Shown piece by piece: positions 9,966-20,183 of a stretch of 64,000 bases of DNA. Origin of the DNA: Vampirovibrionaceae bacterium NZW_1234 (GTDB lineage Bacteria > Cyanobacteriota > Vampirovibrionia > Vampirovibrionales > JAGQHJ01); the NCBI GenBank assembly GCA_041697335.1, contig JBGUGD010000038.1:64001-128000 (forward strand), read 5' to 3'. Position 1 is the first letter of the stretch; the number at the start of each line of letters is the position of its first letter. Below the pieces are notes generated by a model, which searched no databases, was not told the DNA's origin, and saw nothing but the letters and a program-made list of their open reading frames with translations. A program made the translations under genes and the position numbers.

Positions 9966-11323
9966 CGCAGAACCTCCGGGTGCGGGATCCGATTGCCCTG
10001 TGCCTGGAGAATGGCAATATGCTTCAACACCGGGTGAATCACGAAAAACGTTTCCGCCTGGTCTTGTGGCTGAGGCGTGGTGTGAAACCGGCCTTCACGC
10101 AGATACTCTTCCAGCACCGCGACCAGGGTTTGGGCGCGCATCCAGGGATCGTAGTCCTGATCGATGGCCATGGGGTCTTCGGGAATCGCAAACGAACGGC
10201 TCATCAGCACCTCGCCGGTGTCGATGGCCTGCTCCAAAAACAGGGCCGTCGCGACCAAACGTTGCTCTTTGAGAAGGCTGTAGTACATGGGCGTACTCCC
10301 CCGATACTGGGGCAACTGCCCGGGATGGACATGCAGGTAGTGCTTGCCCTGTCCAAAAAAGCTGGGGCCAAGCACCGCCCCGCTGGGCCCGGAGAAAATA
10401 ACATAGGGCTGATGAAACTGACGCAAGGCTTCGGTGACGGACGCATCGTTGATGGACTCGGCTTCGATCACAGTCGTTGGAATGCCCATACGGGCCAGCA
10501 CGGCGTCCACGGGGGTTGTGTTGTCAAAGCGCTCTGACGGCCTAGGCTCTACTGGAGACGAGACGGCAGAGGGAGCCTTGACCAGAATAGCCGCCGCAGG
10601 TACTAGCCGATGGCAGGCCATGGCATCCAGATAGGCCCGGGAGCGCCCGGTCTCCGCCAGCAGGCAGATCACATCCGACATCACCTGCGGGGAGGTCCGC
10701 TCGGGAGCGCCATCGGAAATGCGATTGCCCTCAGGGGCAGGATCGGGGCTTGTGCGGGGCGAAGCCCACAGCAATTCGACGGCAGCTTGCTCCAACGCCA
10801 ATGATGCATGATAGGCCTCGCAGGCCTCGGGGGTTGAGAACTCCGCCAGGCGCGTCGCCAGATAGTCGTTGAGCTTTAGAAGGCAGCTCAAGGCCCGGAG
10901 GTTTTGGCGAGCCGGTTGTCGTTGCTGCCCCAGGATATTTCCAAAGCGGGCATAGCTGAGCAGGGAAATTTCGTCGCCACTGAGCGGCTTTAAAGACGCA
11001 TCATACCCGGTCTTAATCACCCGCGTGGTTTCAAACTTCTTGATAAGGATGTCCACCCAAGACTGCTGGTCTTGGCCCTCCTCCGGAGTCAGTGTGGCCA
11101 GACGGGCCAGAAAGCCCTCGGTGTGTTGTAGCGGATTTGTTCCATCAGGGCAAGGCGCTTCGGTCGTCGCCACGGATGGGGGTGGGGTAGCTTCTTGCAA
11201 GTACTTTGCCAAAAGCGCCCGGTTCTGGGCATAGGCGGCCAAAAAGGCCTCACCCTCGAAGGGGGTGTACATATACAGCGTTTTTTGGGCTTTGTAAGGC
11301 GTCTGTGTATAGCGATAGGTCAT
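9962..11323 (-). CDS. Protein with C-terminal formyltransferase-like domain and unknown N-terminal domain
   Basis: LHVHPGQLPQYRGSTP and AIDTGEV motifs of the N10-formyl-THF transferase fold. Confidence 0.65.
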   Translation of the reverse strand: MTYRYTQTPYKAQKTLYMYTPFEGEAFLAAYAQNRALLAKYLQEATPPPSVATTEAPCPDGTNPLQHTEGFLARLATLTPEEGQDQQSWVDILIKKFETTRVIKTGYDASLKPLSGDEISLLSYARFGNILGQQRQPARQNLRALSCLLKLNDYLATRLAEFSTPEACEAYHASLALEQAAVELLWASPRTSPDPAPEGNRISDGAPERTSPQVMSDVICLLAETGRSRAYLDAMACHRLVPAAAILVKAPSAVSSPVEPRPSERFDNTTPVDAVLARMGIPTTVIEAESINDASVTEALRQFHQPYVIFSGPSGAVLGPSFFGQGKHYLHVHPGQLPQYRGSTPMYYSLLKEQRLVATALFLEQAIDTGEVLMSRSFAIPEDPMAIDQDYDPWMRAQTLVAVLEEYLREGRFHTTPQPQDQAETFFVIHPVLKHIAILQAQGNRIPHPEVLR

Positions 11324-11832
11324 GTCAGCGAAATGCCTCGCGCTCGTATGCTCTCCAGAACCGCCTCGGCCAGGGGGGCAAAATCCGTCTGCTCGACGGT
11401 GTTCTCCAAAACCAGATCCGGGGACTCGGGTTCGTGAAAGGGAATATCCAAGCCCACAACACCTTCGGAGGAACCCTCATACAGCCCTTTTTGGTTTCTC
11501 GCCCGCAGGGTCTCCAGCGGCACGCGGATATAAACCTCGTGGTAATCGGCGACATGAGTCCGGTTCCACGCCCGTTGCTCGGGGAAGTTGGAGAGAATAC
11601 AGACGATCACATGCTGGCCCTGATCCGCCAGATACTTCCCCAGACGACAGAGACGCCACCCGTTTTTCTCCCGATCCGCCTGGGAATAGCCCAGGTCATT
11701 GCCCATCACCTCGCGGATACCGTCGCCGTCCAACAAAATCGTGTTAGGCCAGGTGGCTTTCATCCGGGAAAACAAGGCCCGCCCGATGGTGGTTTTACCG
11801 GAACCGGCCAGGCCAATCAACCAAATGATCAT
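11320..11832 (-). CDS. APS-kinase-like protein, putative cytidine diphosphoramidate kinase (Cj1415-like)
   Basis: IWLIGLAGSGKTT, LLDGDGIR, QKGLY, VVGLDIPFHEP; ATG overlaps the upstream TGA. Confidence 0.82.
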   Translation of the reverse strand: MIIWLIGLAGSGKTTIGRALFSRMKATWPNTILLDGDGIREVMGNDLGYSQADREKNGWRLCRLGKYLADQGQHVIVCILSNFPEQRAWNRTHVADYHEVYIRVPLETLRARNQKGLYEGSSEGVVGLDIPFHEPESPDLVLENTVEQTDFAPLAEAVLESIRARGISLT

Positions 11833-12998
11833 GGGGCACTCACCTCGACACGCTGCAAAATTTCCAATAACCGCTGGGCTGCGACACGTCCAGCTTGTCC
11901 CTGGGTATCCAGGAAGAACCGGGCGTTCAGGATTGCCCGCGCCTGTTGCTGCGCCCGGGCGATGTCCGGGTCGTTGAAAATACGACAGAGTGCTTCCGGC
12001 GTCGCCGAATCCAGATTCACAAAATGCTGCCGCAGCATCTGATCCGGCGACTCGGCCGACATGGTCTGATGCCCTGCTGCCCCCGGCATGTTCAGCAACA
12101 GCAAATTGGTGTTCGAGTAGAGGGCGCCAAAAGGCGAGCCGCCATAGTCGGCAATCACCCAATCAGCCAGGGCAAAGAGTTCGGCATTGTCATAGTCCGG
12201 CGCATCCAGAAGCACCAGACCATCTACCTGGCGAACCGGCCCGAGAATGGCCGGATCGGTCAGCGGATGGGGTTTGAGAATCAGGTTGTAATCTTCACCA
12301 AGGGCTGCGATGGGCTCCAGAAAACGGGGAATAGAACATAAGTCACCACATGTGGGAAGCCAGACGAGGCTTTTTCGTTCGGAGGACAGCCCGAGCCTTG
12401 CCCGAACCTCGGCCCCTTGAACCGAACCGTTTTTGACCCCATCAAAACGAGGGTAGCCCACCTGATAGACCGGCGTTGACACTCGCTGCCTCAGTTGCTC
12501 CTCCTGGTAGGGGCCATAGACCAGCACGGCATCGTATTCGCCATTGTATTGGCCAAAATTCCACAGATCCTTGCCCAAGCCATACATCATCCGCACCTGG
12601 GTCCGGCTGAGGTGGCGGAACATGACGAAATAATTCACGCCCGGATTCGGGAAGAAGGGCGGAGCCACATAACAAAAGGGCACATGAGAGACCAGCACCT
12701 GAAACCTGAGGCAGGCCTTCATGACCTCGTAAACAGAATAATGCCGGTACCCGGCCCGCTCGCACCAGGCCTGAATCTGGCGAGCCTGGTCCAGGTCGGT
12801 CGCAAAGTTCAGAACCACCCGGCGGTCCTCGGGTAAATGGTCCAGAATCGAAGCATAGTGGCCCAGCATTAGGGGGACGTTGACGGCAAAGGCAATCTGA
12901 GCCACATCGGTCTGGGGCACCAGGTCGTCCATGGACTGGAACCGTTGGGCCGTGTCATCATTCCATGCCAGGGTCGGGTCAGGGGAGCTTGCCATCAT
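11829..12998 (-). CDS. CDP-glycerol glycerophosphotransferase-like (TagF/GT-B) protein
   Basis: VGYPRFD, LVWLPT, LILKPHP, ADWVIADYGG. Confidence 0.7.
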   Translation of the reverse strand: MMASSPDPTLAWNDDTAQRFQSMDDLVPQTDVAQIAFAVNVPLMLGHYASILDHLPEDRRVVLNFATDLDQARQIQAWCERAGYRHYSVYEVMKACLRFQVLVSHVPFCYVAPPFFPNPGVNYFVMFRHLSRTQVRMMYGLGKDLWNFGQYNGEYDAVLVYGPYQEEQLRQRVSTPVYQVGYPRFDGVKNGSVQGAEVRARLGLSSERKSLVWLPTCGDLCSIPRFLEPIAALGEDYNLILKPHPLTDPAILGPVRQVDGLVLLDAPDYDNAELFALADWVIADYGGSPFGALYSNTNLLLLNMPGAAGHQTMSAESPDQMLRQHFVNLDSATPEALCRIFNDPDIARAQQQARAILNARFFLDTQGQAGRVAAQRLLEILQRVEVSAP

Positions 12999-13187
12999 CC
13001 TCTTCCGTTCACAGGCCCGATGCGCACTGGGGTGTCCGAAGCCCGGGAGGTCGGTTTAAACCGCTATCTACGCAGGCTGAAGGGGGACAAATCGCACCGA
13101 GGCAGATATGATAAAGTAATACGTTGATTGTACGGCATTCCGGTCATTGATGGAAATGTCACCGGCAAACAAAATGAGGCCCCTGTC

Positions 13188-15605
13188 GTGACACACACGT
13201 CGCTTCAACTGGGAACCAAGGCCGAAACCCTGGCACAACTGCAAGGGGTTCTTCGCCATGCCACGGTATTGCCCCTGGTACGTATTCCAGTGGTTGATTA
13301 CCTCGCCAACCCGGAGGGATGGTATCACAGGGTATGTGACACCCTGACCTCCCCGCTGCTGGCGGTTCGATCCTCATCGACCCTGGAGGACACGGCCACA
13401 TCCTCAATGGCGGGTCATTTTGCCAGCGTCTTGAACGTCCCGGCGGCAGATCCCGATGCCCTTCACCAGGCCATCGGCGAGGTGATTGCCTCCTACGGAG
13501 ACTTGGAAAGGCACCAGGAAGTTCTCATTCAGCCCATGATGACGGATGTCGCTTGTTCTGGCGTGGCGTTGACGCTGGACCTGGACATGCTCGCCCCGTA
13601 CTACGTCATTGAATACAGCACCACCGGCACCGATGTGGTCACCGGCGGCAAGGCAGACACCCGGCGGACCTATGTCTGCTTCAAGCAATCTCCTGTTCCA
13701 GCGCCTGAAGCCTGGCTGGACAAACTCATCACTGCCTGCCGGGAGCTGGAGGCCCTGTTTCAAACCGACGCCCTGGACATCGAATTCGGGGTTACGGGCC
13801 AGGAGGAGATCGTCCTCTTCCAGGTGCGACCGCTGGCCAAAGCCCATGGAGCCCCTCGTCCCGGTAAGACCCTGGATTTGAGTGTCGCCCTGGAGAAGCT
13901 GTACAAGAAAATCGACAAGCTTTCCCGCCCGCATCCCAGCATGATGGGCTCTCATGCCCTCTTCGGTGTGATGCCCGACTGGAACCCGGCTGAAATTATT
14001 GGCATTCGCCCCAAGCCCCTGGCCTTGTCGCTGTATAAAGAACTAATCACCGATCAGATCTGGGCCATCCAGCGGGAAAAGTACGGCTACCGCGATCTCA
14101 AGTCCCACCCGCTTCTCGTGTCCTTCTTCGGCCTCCCCTATATCGACATCCGGGTGGACTTCAATTCCTTTATTCCGGAGGCCCTGGACCCCAAGACCGC
14201 CGAAAAGCTGGCCGATATCTATCTGGAGCAACTCATTGAAAGCCCGCAGTGCCATGACAAGGTGGAGTTCGAGATTGTCCACAGCTGCTACTGCCTGAAC
14301 ACCCCGGAGCGGTTGGGGACCCTTGGCCTCACGTCGGACGAGCAGCAACGCTTTCAGCAGGCCTTGCTGACGCTCACCAACCGCATTATCCAGGAAGACG
14401 GCGGCTTGTTTGATCAGGATGTCCAGGCGGTGCAGGAGCTGCCCACGCGCATGCAGGCCGTCATGGATTCCGAGTTGGCCCTCGTTGATAAAATCTACTG
14501 GCTCATCGAAGATTGCAAACGCTACGGCACGCTCCCCTTTGCCGGAATCGCCCGAGCCGCCTTCGTGGCCGTACAACTCCTCAGCTCGTTTGTGGCGGTG
14601 GGCCTGTTTACACCGGACGATTACCAGGCCTTTCTCAACAGCCTGAACACCATCAGCAAGCAGCTTTCGGCGGACGTCCATGCCTGGCAGTCCAGTGTAC
14701 TGTCTCGGGAGGAATTCGTCAGACGATACGGCCACTTGCGCCCCGGGACCTATGACATTCTCTCCCCTCGCTACGATCAGTCTCTCGATGTGTATTTCCC
14801 GACGGCCCTGAAATCCCCCATCCTGGATCCGGGGACCGAAGAAGCCCCGACCCCGGTGACGCCCTTTGAACTTACACCGGACCACCGGGCCCGGATCAAT
14901 GAGCACTTACACGCCCATGGGTTCCAATTCTCCGTGGATCACTTGCTGCGGTTTATTCGCGAGGCCATCGAAGCCCGTGAGGCCTCAAAATTTGAGTTTA
15001 CCAAGTGCCTGAGCCAGATTCTCGAATCCATTGCGCAATTAGGCGAGCGGGTTGGCCTCAGTCGGGAGGATATGGCCTTTGTGGATGTCGAGAGCATCCG
15101 CAAGCTGTATGTATCCCTCACGGAAGACGACGTGGGTACACGTCTCCAGGCGGACATCCGCCAGGCCCGGCAGCATTATCAATACACGCAGGCCCTGAAG
15201 CTCCCCAGCCTGATTCGGAAACCCCAAGACGTCTACAGCTTTTACCTTGATGCCGAGCGCCCGACCTTTGTGACCCAAGGTGTTGTGGAAGCCCCGGTGG
15301 TTCTTGAGGCAGACCTCTATAACCGGGACGTCACCGGTTGCATCGTCCTGATTCGCTCTGCGGATCCCGGCTACGATTTTCTGTTTGCCAAGAACATTGC
15401 GGGCCTGGTGACCCAATACGGGGGAGCCAATTCACACATGGCCATCCGCTGTGCCGAACTGGGCTTGCCTGCCGTCATCGGCGCAGGAGAAGCCTTATTC
15501 AATCAATGGACCACGTGGGATCGCCTTCGCATCGACGGCATCAACCAGCAGGTTCTGCCCCTGTACGGCACTTCTGCCCAGCCCATGGTCTCGGCCTCAC
15601 GCTAG
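13188..15605 (+). CDS. PEP-utilizer-fold kinase, putative L-glutamine kinase (Cj1418-like)
   Basis: TKAETL, VRSS..ED..SMAGHF, LDIEF, FQVRPL, GVMPDWNPAEIIG, YGHLRPGTYDI, ADPGYDFLF, GANSHMAIR phospho-His motif; GTG start inferred. Confidence 0.85.
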   Translation: MTHTSLQLGTKAETLAQLQGVLRHATVLPLVRIPVVDYLANPEGWYHRVCDTLTSPLLAVRSSSTLEDTATSSMAGHFASVLNVPAADPDALHQAIGEVIASYGDLERHQEVLIQPMMTDVACSGVALTLDLDMLAPYYVIEYSTTGTDVVTGGKADTRRTYVCFKQSPVPAPEAWLDKLITACRELEALFQTDALDIEFGVTGQEEIVLFQVRPLAKAHGAPRPGKTLDLSVALEKLYKKIDKLSRPHPSMMGSHALFGVMPDWNPAEIIGIRPKPLALSLYKELITDQIWAIQREKYGYRDLKSHPLLVSFFGLPYIDIRVDFNSFIPEALDPKTAEKLADIYLEQLIESPQCHDKVEFEIVHSCYCLNTPERLGTLGLTSDEQQRFQQALLTLTNRIIQEDGGLFDQDVQAVQELPTRMQAVMDSELALVDKIYWLIEDCKRYGTLPFAGIARAAFVAVQLLSSFVAVGLFTPDDYQAFLNSLNTISKQLSADVHAWQSSVLSREEFVRRYGHLRPGTYDILSPRYDQSLDVYFPTALKSPILDPGTEEAPTPVTPFELTPDHRARINEHLHAHGFQFSVDHLLRFIREAIEAREASKFEFTKCLSQILESIAQLGERVGLSREDMAFVDVESIRKLYVSLTEDDVGTRLQADIRQARQHYQYTQALKLPSLIRKPQDVYSFYLDAERPTFVTQGVVEAPVVLEADLYNRDVTGCIVLIRSADPGYDFLFAKNIAGLVTQYGGANSHMAIRCAELGLPAVIGAGEALFNQWTTWDRLRIDGINQQVLPLYGTSAQPMVSASR

Positions 15606-16984
15606 CCAATGGGGGCCAGTTGCCCCACGCCCAGAAATCGAATATTCTGTGCCCGATTCTGATAGGCATCTCGGGCTTCCAGACGTTGGATTCGCTCCGC
15701 CACGTCTTTAAAACCCACTTTGGCAAAGCATCGGGTCAAAATCGCCTGCAGGGTAAACCGGTCGTAATAGCCCTGGAGCTTCTGAAAAGCGGATTCTGCG
15801 GCATCCTCCCGGTAGTTGGGGTTGGCAATGGCGTAGGCGCACTTGTCCCGAAGCTCCGAGAAAGAGGAATAGGCAATAAAATCCGTATCCTCTTCAAAAC
15901 CCAGATGCTTCAGAGGCTCACGACACAGCCCCTGGGTCACCAGCAGGCTTTTGCAGGCCACCATATCAAACACCCGAAACGACAACGACGTGTTCATCGC
16001 CGCGGTCACCTGGGCGTTCAGCCCCATCTTGGAGGTGTTGTATATCACGGCGTTTTCCGGGTAGGAGAACACGGCCTTGAACTTGAAATGCTTGAGCAGC
16101 TCGATGTTGGCAATGGAAATTTGCCGCACCCATTCGCCCACCGGCATCCCATAGATGGCGAGGTTGAATTCAGAGAGGGCCGAAAGCGCATGGAGCCGAT
16201 TATAAAACGTATTCTGCATCTCAAAGGCCGACTGAATCATCATGGGCGAGGCCAACAGGTCATAATGCGGATCCGTCGGGTCCATGTGACAGCCGCGTGC
16301 CTCCAACAGGTCGGCCAGGTTGTCGATATAGCGGGTTTCATGCTCGTGAAACACATCGAGCAGGGTGTTTAAATTTTGGTAGGCCTGCTCCTCCGACTGA
16401 TCCATCATCCGAGACACCGTGGCCCGAATGTAGCGCAAGAAGTTGACGTTGGAGAAGGCGGTCCCGATAAAGGATACATCCACGTCCCGAGGCCGGTTCT
16501 GGGGATAGAAGGTAAAGTGATCCAGGAAGAAATTCAGCTGTTCAAACTGCGCATCTCGGATCTGGAAGGCCTCCAGGATATTCTTGCGGGTATGAAGCCC
16601 GTCACCATGGTCAAAGGAGAGGATGGCTACCACGTCTCGCTCGGTGAACTGGCGGCATTCGGCAGGGATTTGGTTGTACTGATCGACAATCAGGTTGATA
16701 ATGGGCATCTCCGGCCCCAGGAGCTTCAGAACCTCCGGGCTCAGGCCACAACGGTTGACACAGAACACGACATCCGGCTGAAAATCCTCAATAGCTTCCA
16801 GCATCTTCGGAAATTCGGGCTGGGTGTTGATGCTGCCGTTAAAAATCGTATTGACGAAGGCATTGGTCCGAATGGCCAGCACCGGCATCTGGGCCGGGGC
16901 GAAATAGTTCTCGAGAATGGTATGAATATAGGGCCCAAACTGCCCATCCAGATAGCCATCGGCCAAAAACAACACCTTGGTCAT
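15602..16984 (-). CDS. CgeB/DUF3880-like GT-B glycosyltransferase
   Basis: DVDVSFIG, IYNTSKMGLN, FRVFDMVAC. Confidence 0.7.
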   Translation of the reverse strand: MTKVLFLADGYLDGQFGPYIHTILENYFAPAQMPVLAIRTNAFVNTIFNGSINTQPEFPKMLEAIEDFQPDVVFCVNRCGLSPEVLKLLGPEMPIINLIVDQYNQIPAECRQFTERDVVAILSFDHGDGLHTRKNILEAFQIRDAQFEQLNFFLDHFTFYPQNRPRDVDVSFIGTAFSNVNFLRYIRATVSRMMDQSEEQAYQNLNTLLDVFHEHETRYIDNLADLLEARGCHMDPTDPHYDLLASPMMIQSAFEMQNTFYNRLHALSALSEFNLAIYGMPVGEWVRQISIANIELLKHFKFKAVFSYPENAVIYNTSKMGLNAQVTAAMNTSLSFRVFDMVACKSLLVTQGLCREPLKHLGFEEDTDFIAYSSFSELRDKCAYAIANPNYREDAAESAFQKLQGYYDRFTLQAILTRCFAKVGFKDVAERIQRLEARDAYQNRAQNIRFLGVGQLAPIG

Positions 16985-17308
16985 ACACACCACTCTCTTT
17001 AATATACAAAACCGCCTAACACAAAAGCCCTGGTCCCTTTAGAACGGTATCGGCCCGATTCCATACCGTCTTTCATGATCATGAGCCCTCTATCCAATTA
17101 TACAAAACTTCTGCCATCCCAAAACGGTCCCCTCCCTCACCGTAGAAAGCGCGTCTGAAGTTCGGGAAAACGGCGCCCGACATAATCTACCCCACCTGTT
17201 TTTCCCTCTGATCAATTCTGATGCCTGCCTGGTTTTTTCTTGGATGTCTGCATTTTGTTCTGTTATCCGTTGCGTTTTGTTTTCGTTGAGAAAGAAAGAT
17301 ACCCCATC

Positions 17309-17713
17309 ATGAAACTCTCCTCCTCGCACCCCATGCGCTTTACCGGCGCGATCTTCAAAAGTACGCCCGGCCGTGAGGGCATTACTGTTAGCGGCAGCAC
17401 CTATAAACTTCTCAAACCCGGGCAGGTGGAATTCGACGGCAAACTCCTGGAGGAGGAATACCCGGATCTGGCAGCCCTGTCCAATGCTATGGTCTCGGAT
17501 ACGCCCCCCAGCATTCAGGAAAAACGCGTCACCCTGTTGCATGTGCTCCAAAAACTGGTCCACGATAAAAAAGTCACCTTGGACGCGACCGCTCACCAGG
17601 GTTTGGTGTCGCTCCTCGAAACCGGCCAGATATCCTCCTTCCAAAGCCCTCAGAACCAATGGGCCTGCGATCATTTTTTACCCCAACCCCAGCGCGGCCC
17701 GATTCGGAAATAA
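17309..17713 (+). CDS. Hypothetical protein with N-terminal MRFTG motif
   Basis: Open ORF with purine-rich upstream region; no family recognised. Confidence 0.55.
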   Translation: MKLSSSHPMRFTGAIFKSTPGREGITVSGSTYKLLKPGQVEFDGKLLEEEYPDLAALSNAMVSDTPPSIQEKRVTLLHVLQKLVHDKKVTLDATAHQGLVSLLETGQISSFQSPQNQWACDHFLPQPQRGPIRK

Positions 17714-17762
17714 CCTCCGAAAGAGAAGGGAATCCTTCTGGCGCCTGTCGGATAAATCGGTC

Positions 17763-18713
17763 TTAACCGGCTTTTTGTACCTTAAACGAAGCCTTGGGTG
17801 AAACCAGGGCCAGCAGCGCCTGGGTATTGGCGGCAAACGAGTAATCCGCAAAGGCTGGCTCCACCAGCACGGCCTGTCGAATGGCGCTTAAGGACTGGCC
17901 CTCGGATACCAGCCGAACCATCAAATCCTGAAACGGGGTAATCGTGGGATTGGGGCCGGAAATGGTCAAGGCAGTCCCTGTGTAAACCCTGCCATTCTCC
18001 AGCTTCACGGCAAGCCCCGACCATGTTTTTCGGGAGGGATTGGGCAGATAAGATGCCCCGGCTGCCTGACGGGCCTGACGTGTCAGATACTGAGGGCGAA
18101 TCGGCTTAATCGCATGAGAGACGGCGATGGCAGGAGACTGAAACAGGTTTTGCTCAGGGGTCGCGTAGGAATATCCTACGGGGAAGAGCTGATCAATGGT
18201 CATGGTTACCATGGGCTGACCCGGGACCAGGATGTGAACGGGTAACGACCCATGCCCAGCCTCCCGCACAATCTGACGACACGGCCCACAGGGTTGCAGG
18301 GATTGAATCAGGCGTTGAATCCCCGTTTCCCCATGCTGTCGGGCTAAGGCCAGAACAAAGGGTTCCGCATGCAAGGTATCGGCAGGGGCGGCTCCTTTGA
18401 GTTCAATATTCGCGCCCAGGTAAGCCCTCCCACTGTTCCCAATGGCCACAATCCCGACACGTCGCCCGGTGACGGCAGGTTGCGAGATGGCCTGGGCTTT
18501 GGTCAGCAACTGAGCATAATAGGCCATGGATGCCGGATCATCGGGCACAAAGGGCAACGGCTTTTCAATGACCAGTGGACTGGACGTCTGTGTTGCCGCC
18601 TGGCTTCCCAGACGCAAAGACGTCACCCGAGACGGGCTCAGAAACCCTGGCTTGGTAGCGTGCTTCCCCGGGCAGATTGTGGCTACCCCACGCCCATACG
18701 ATACGGCCTGCAT
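17763..18713 (-). CDS. cdd: Cytidine deaminase (two-domain, E. coli Cdd-like) with N-terminal extension
   Basis: YLGANIE, HAE, PCGPCRQ zinc motifs plus a second degenerate deaminase domain. Confidence 0.82.
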   Translation of the reverse strand: MQAVSYGRGVATICPGKHATKPGFLSPSRVTSLRLGSQAATQTSSPLVIEKPLPFVPDDPASMAYYAQLLTKAQAISQPAVTGRRVGIVAIGNSGRAYLGANIELKGAAPADTLHAEPFVLALARQHGETGIQRLIQSLQPCGPCRQIVREAGHGSLPVHILVPGQPMVTMTIDQLFPVGYSYATPEQNLFQSPAIAVSHAIKPIRPQYLTRQARQAAGASYLPNPSRKTWSGLAVKLENGRVYTGTALTISGPNPTITPFQDLMVRLVSEGQSLSAIRQAVLVEPAFADYSFAANTQALLALVSPKASFKVQKAG

Positions 18714-18901
18714 GTCGGCTGGATTCCTTGTATTGTTGCGTTGCTTTGAAACGCCTTACGCATCCTATCTAAAATAAAACAACTTATCAAGATGCGAACC
18801 CACAAACCGGACACGGCGTTGTTTCCCTGGCCTAACTTTGTTAGCATGACCCCTCACAGGTCCTGGCTTTGAAATTCGCAGGACCTCTCAAGGAGCCCCC
18901 C

Positions 18902-20098
18902 ATGTCACCCACCACCACTCTGGACATTGACGCCCTCCGGGCCGACACGCCCGGTTGCTCGCATGTGATTCACCTCAACAACGCCGGAGCTGCACTCATC
19001 CCCAGTCCCGTCGCCAATGCCGTTATGGACTACCTGACCCAGGAAACCCGCATCGGCGGCTATGAAACCACAGCCGCTCGCCTGGATGAACTGGAAGATA
19101 CTTATCACGCCCTGGCCACCCTGATTAACGCCCGGCCCGATGAAATTGCCTTTATGGAGAATGCAACCCGAGCCTGGGATATGGCCTTTTACGGCATTCC
19201 ATTTTCTCCGGGGGACGTTATTTTGACGTCGGTATCCGAATATGCCAGCAATATGATCGCCTTTCTCCAGGTGGCCCAAAAAACGGGCGCCGTTGTCCAG
19301 GTCATCCCGAATGACGCGTTCGGCCAAACCTCGGTGAGCGCGCTGGCCGAGATGATTCATCCCCAGGTCAAGCTGATTGCCATCACCCACATCCCCACCA
19401 ATGGGGGCCTGGTGAACCCGGCTGCCGAAATCGGTGCTCTGGCCCGGGAGCACAATATTTTATACCTCCTGGATGCTTGCCAGTCCGTGGGGCAAATGCC
19501 CATTGATGTGGAGGCTATTGGATGTGACTTCCTTTCGGCTACCGGGCGCAAATACCTCCGAGGCCCTCGTGGCACCGGCTTCCTGTATGTGCGCCGAGAG
19601 CGCCTGAACGCCCTGGAACCTCCTCTGCTGGATTTGCATGCCGCCACCTGGGTGGCCCCGGATCGCTATGAGATGCGCCCCGATGCCCGTCGCTTTGAAA
19701 CCTGGGAGACCCACTACGCCGGAAAGCTCGGCCTGGGTGTTGCGGCTCGCTATGCTCTGAATCTGGGATTGCCTGCTATCTGGGATCGAATTCACATGCT
19801 GGCGTCCCGACTCCGGTCCTTGTTACACGATCTCGACAACGTGACTGTCCAGGATTTGGGACAGGTGCAATGCGGCATTGTCAGCTTTAGCGTTACCGGT
19901 ATGGCTCCCCGGGATCTGCAACAGGCCCTTCGACAGCAGAACATCAATATTTCTGTTTCACCCCGGGAATACACCCTCAACGATATGCGCCAGCGCGGGC
20001 TGGAAACGATCCTTCGGGCCTCCGTGCACTATTACAATACCGACGCCGAACTCCAGCAATTTGCAACGACTCTGGATCGCCTGCTGCATTCTCAATAA
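18902..20098 (+). CDS. Class V PLP aminotransferase (cysteine desulfurase/lyase-like)
   Basis: HLNNAGA, LDACQSVGQ, ATGRKYLRGPRGTG, RASVHYYNT; AAGGAG RBS. Confidence 0.88.
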   Translation: MSPTTTLDIDALRADTPGCSHVIHLNNAGAALIPSPVANAVMDYLTQETRIGGYETTAARLDELEDTYHALATLINARPDEIAFMENATRAWDMAFYGIPFSPGDVILTSVSEYASNMIAFLQVAQKTGAVVQVIPNDAFGQTSVSALAEMIHPQVKLIAITHIPTNGGLVNPAAEIGALAREHNILYLLDACQSVGQMPIDVEAIGCDFLSATGRKYLRGPRGTGFLYVRRERLNALEPPLLDLHAATWVAPDRYEMRPDARRFETWETHYAGKLGLGVAARYALNLGLPAIWDRIHMLASRLRSLLHDLDNVTVQDLGQVQCGIVSFSVTGMAPRDLQQALRQQNINISVSPREYTLNDMRQRGLETILRASVHYYNTDAELQQFATTLDRLLHSQ

Positions 20099-20183
20099 CA
20101 GATGAAGTCTCCTCCAGCCCAGCCTTGTGAGTTCATGCCTACTATGCTACTGTAATCACCACACAAAGCACGTGAACAGGGGA

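Noticed and set aside
11320..11832. Sulfate-assimilation cysC
   Set aside because: Context is the Cj1415-1418-like module, with no cysDN.
18783..18900. SAM-I riboswitch (starts cttatcaaga) before the PLP enzyme
   Set aside because: The remaining conserved elements (GAGGGA..GGCCC, GCAACC, GGTGC.AA) are absent.
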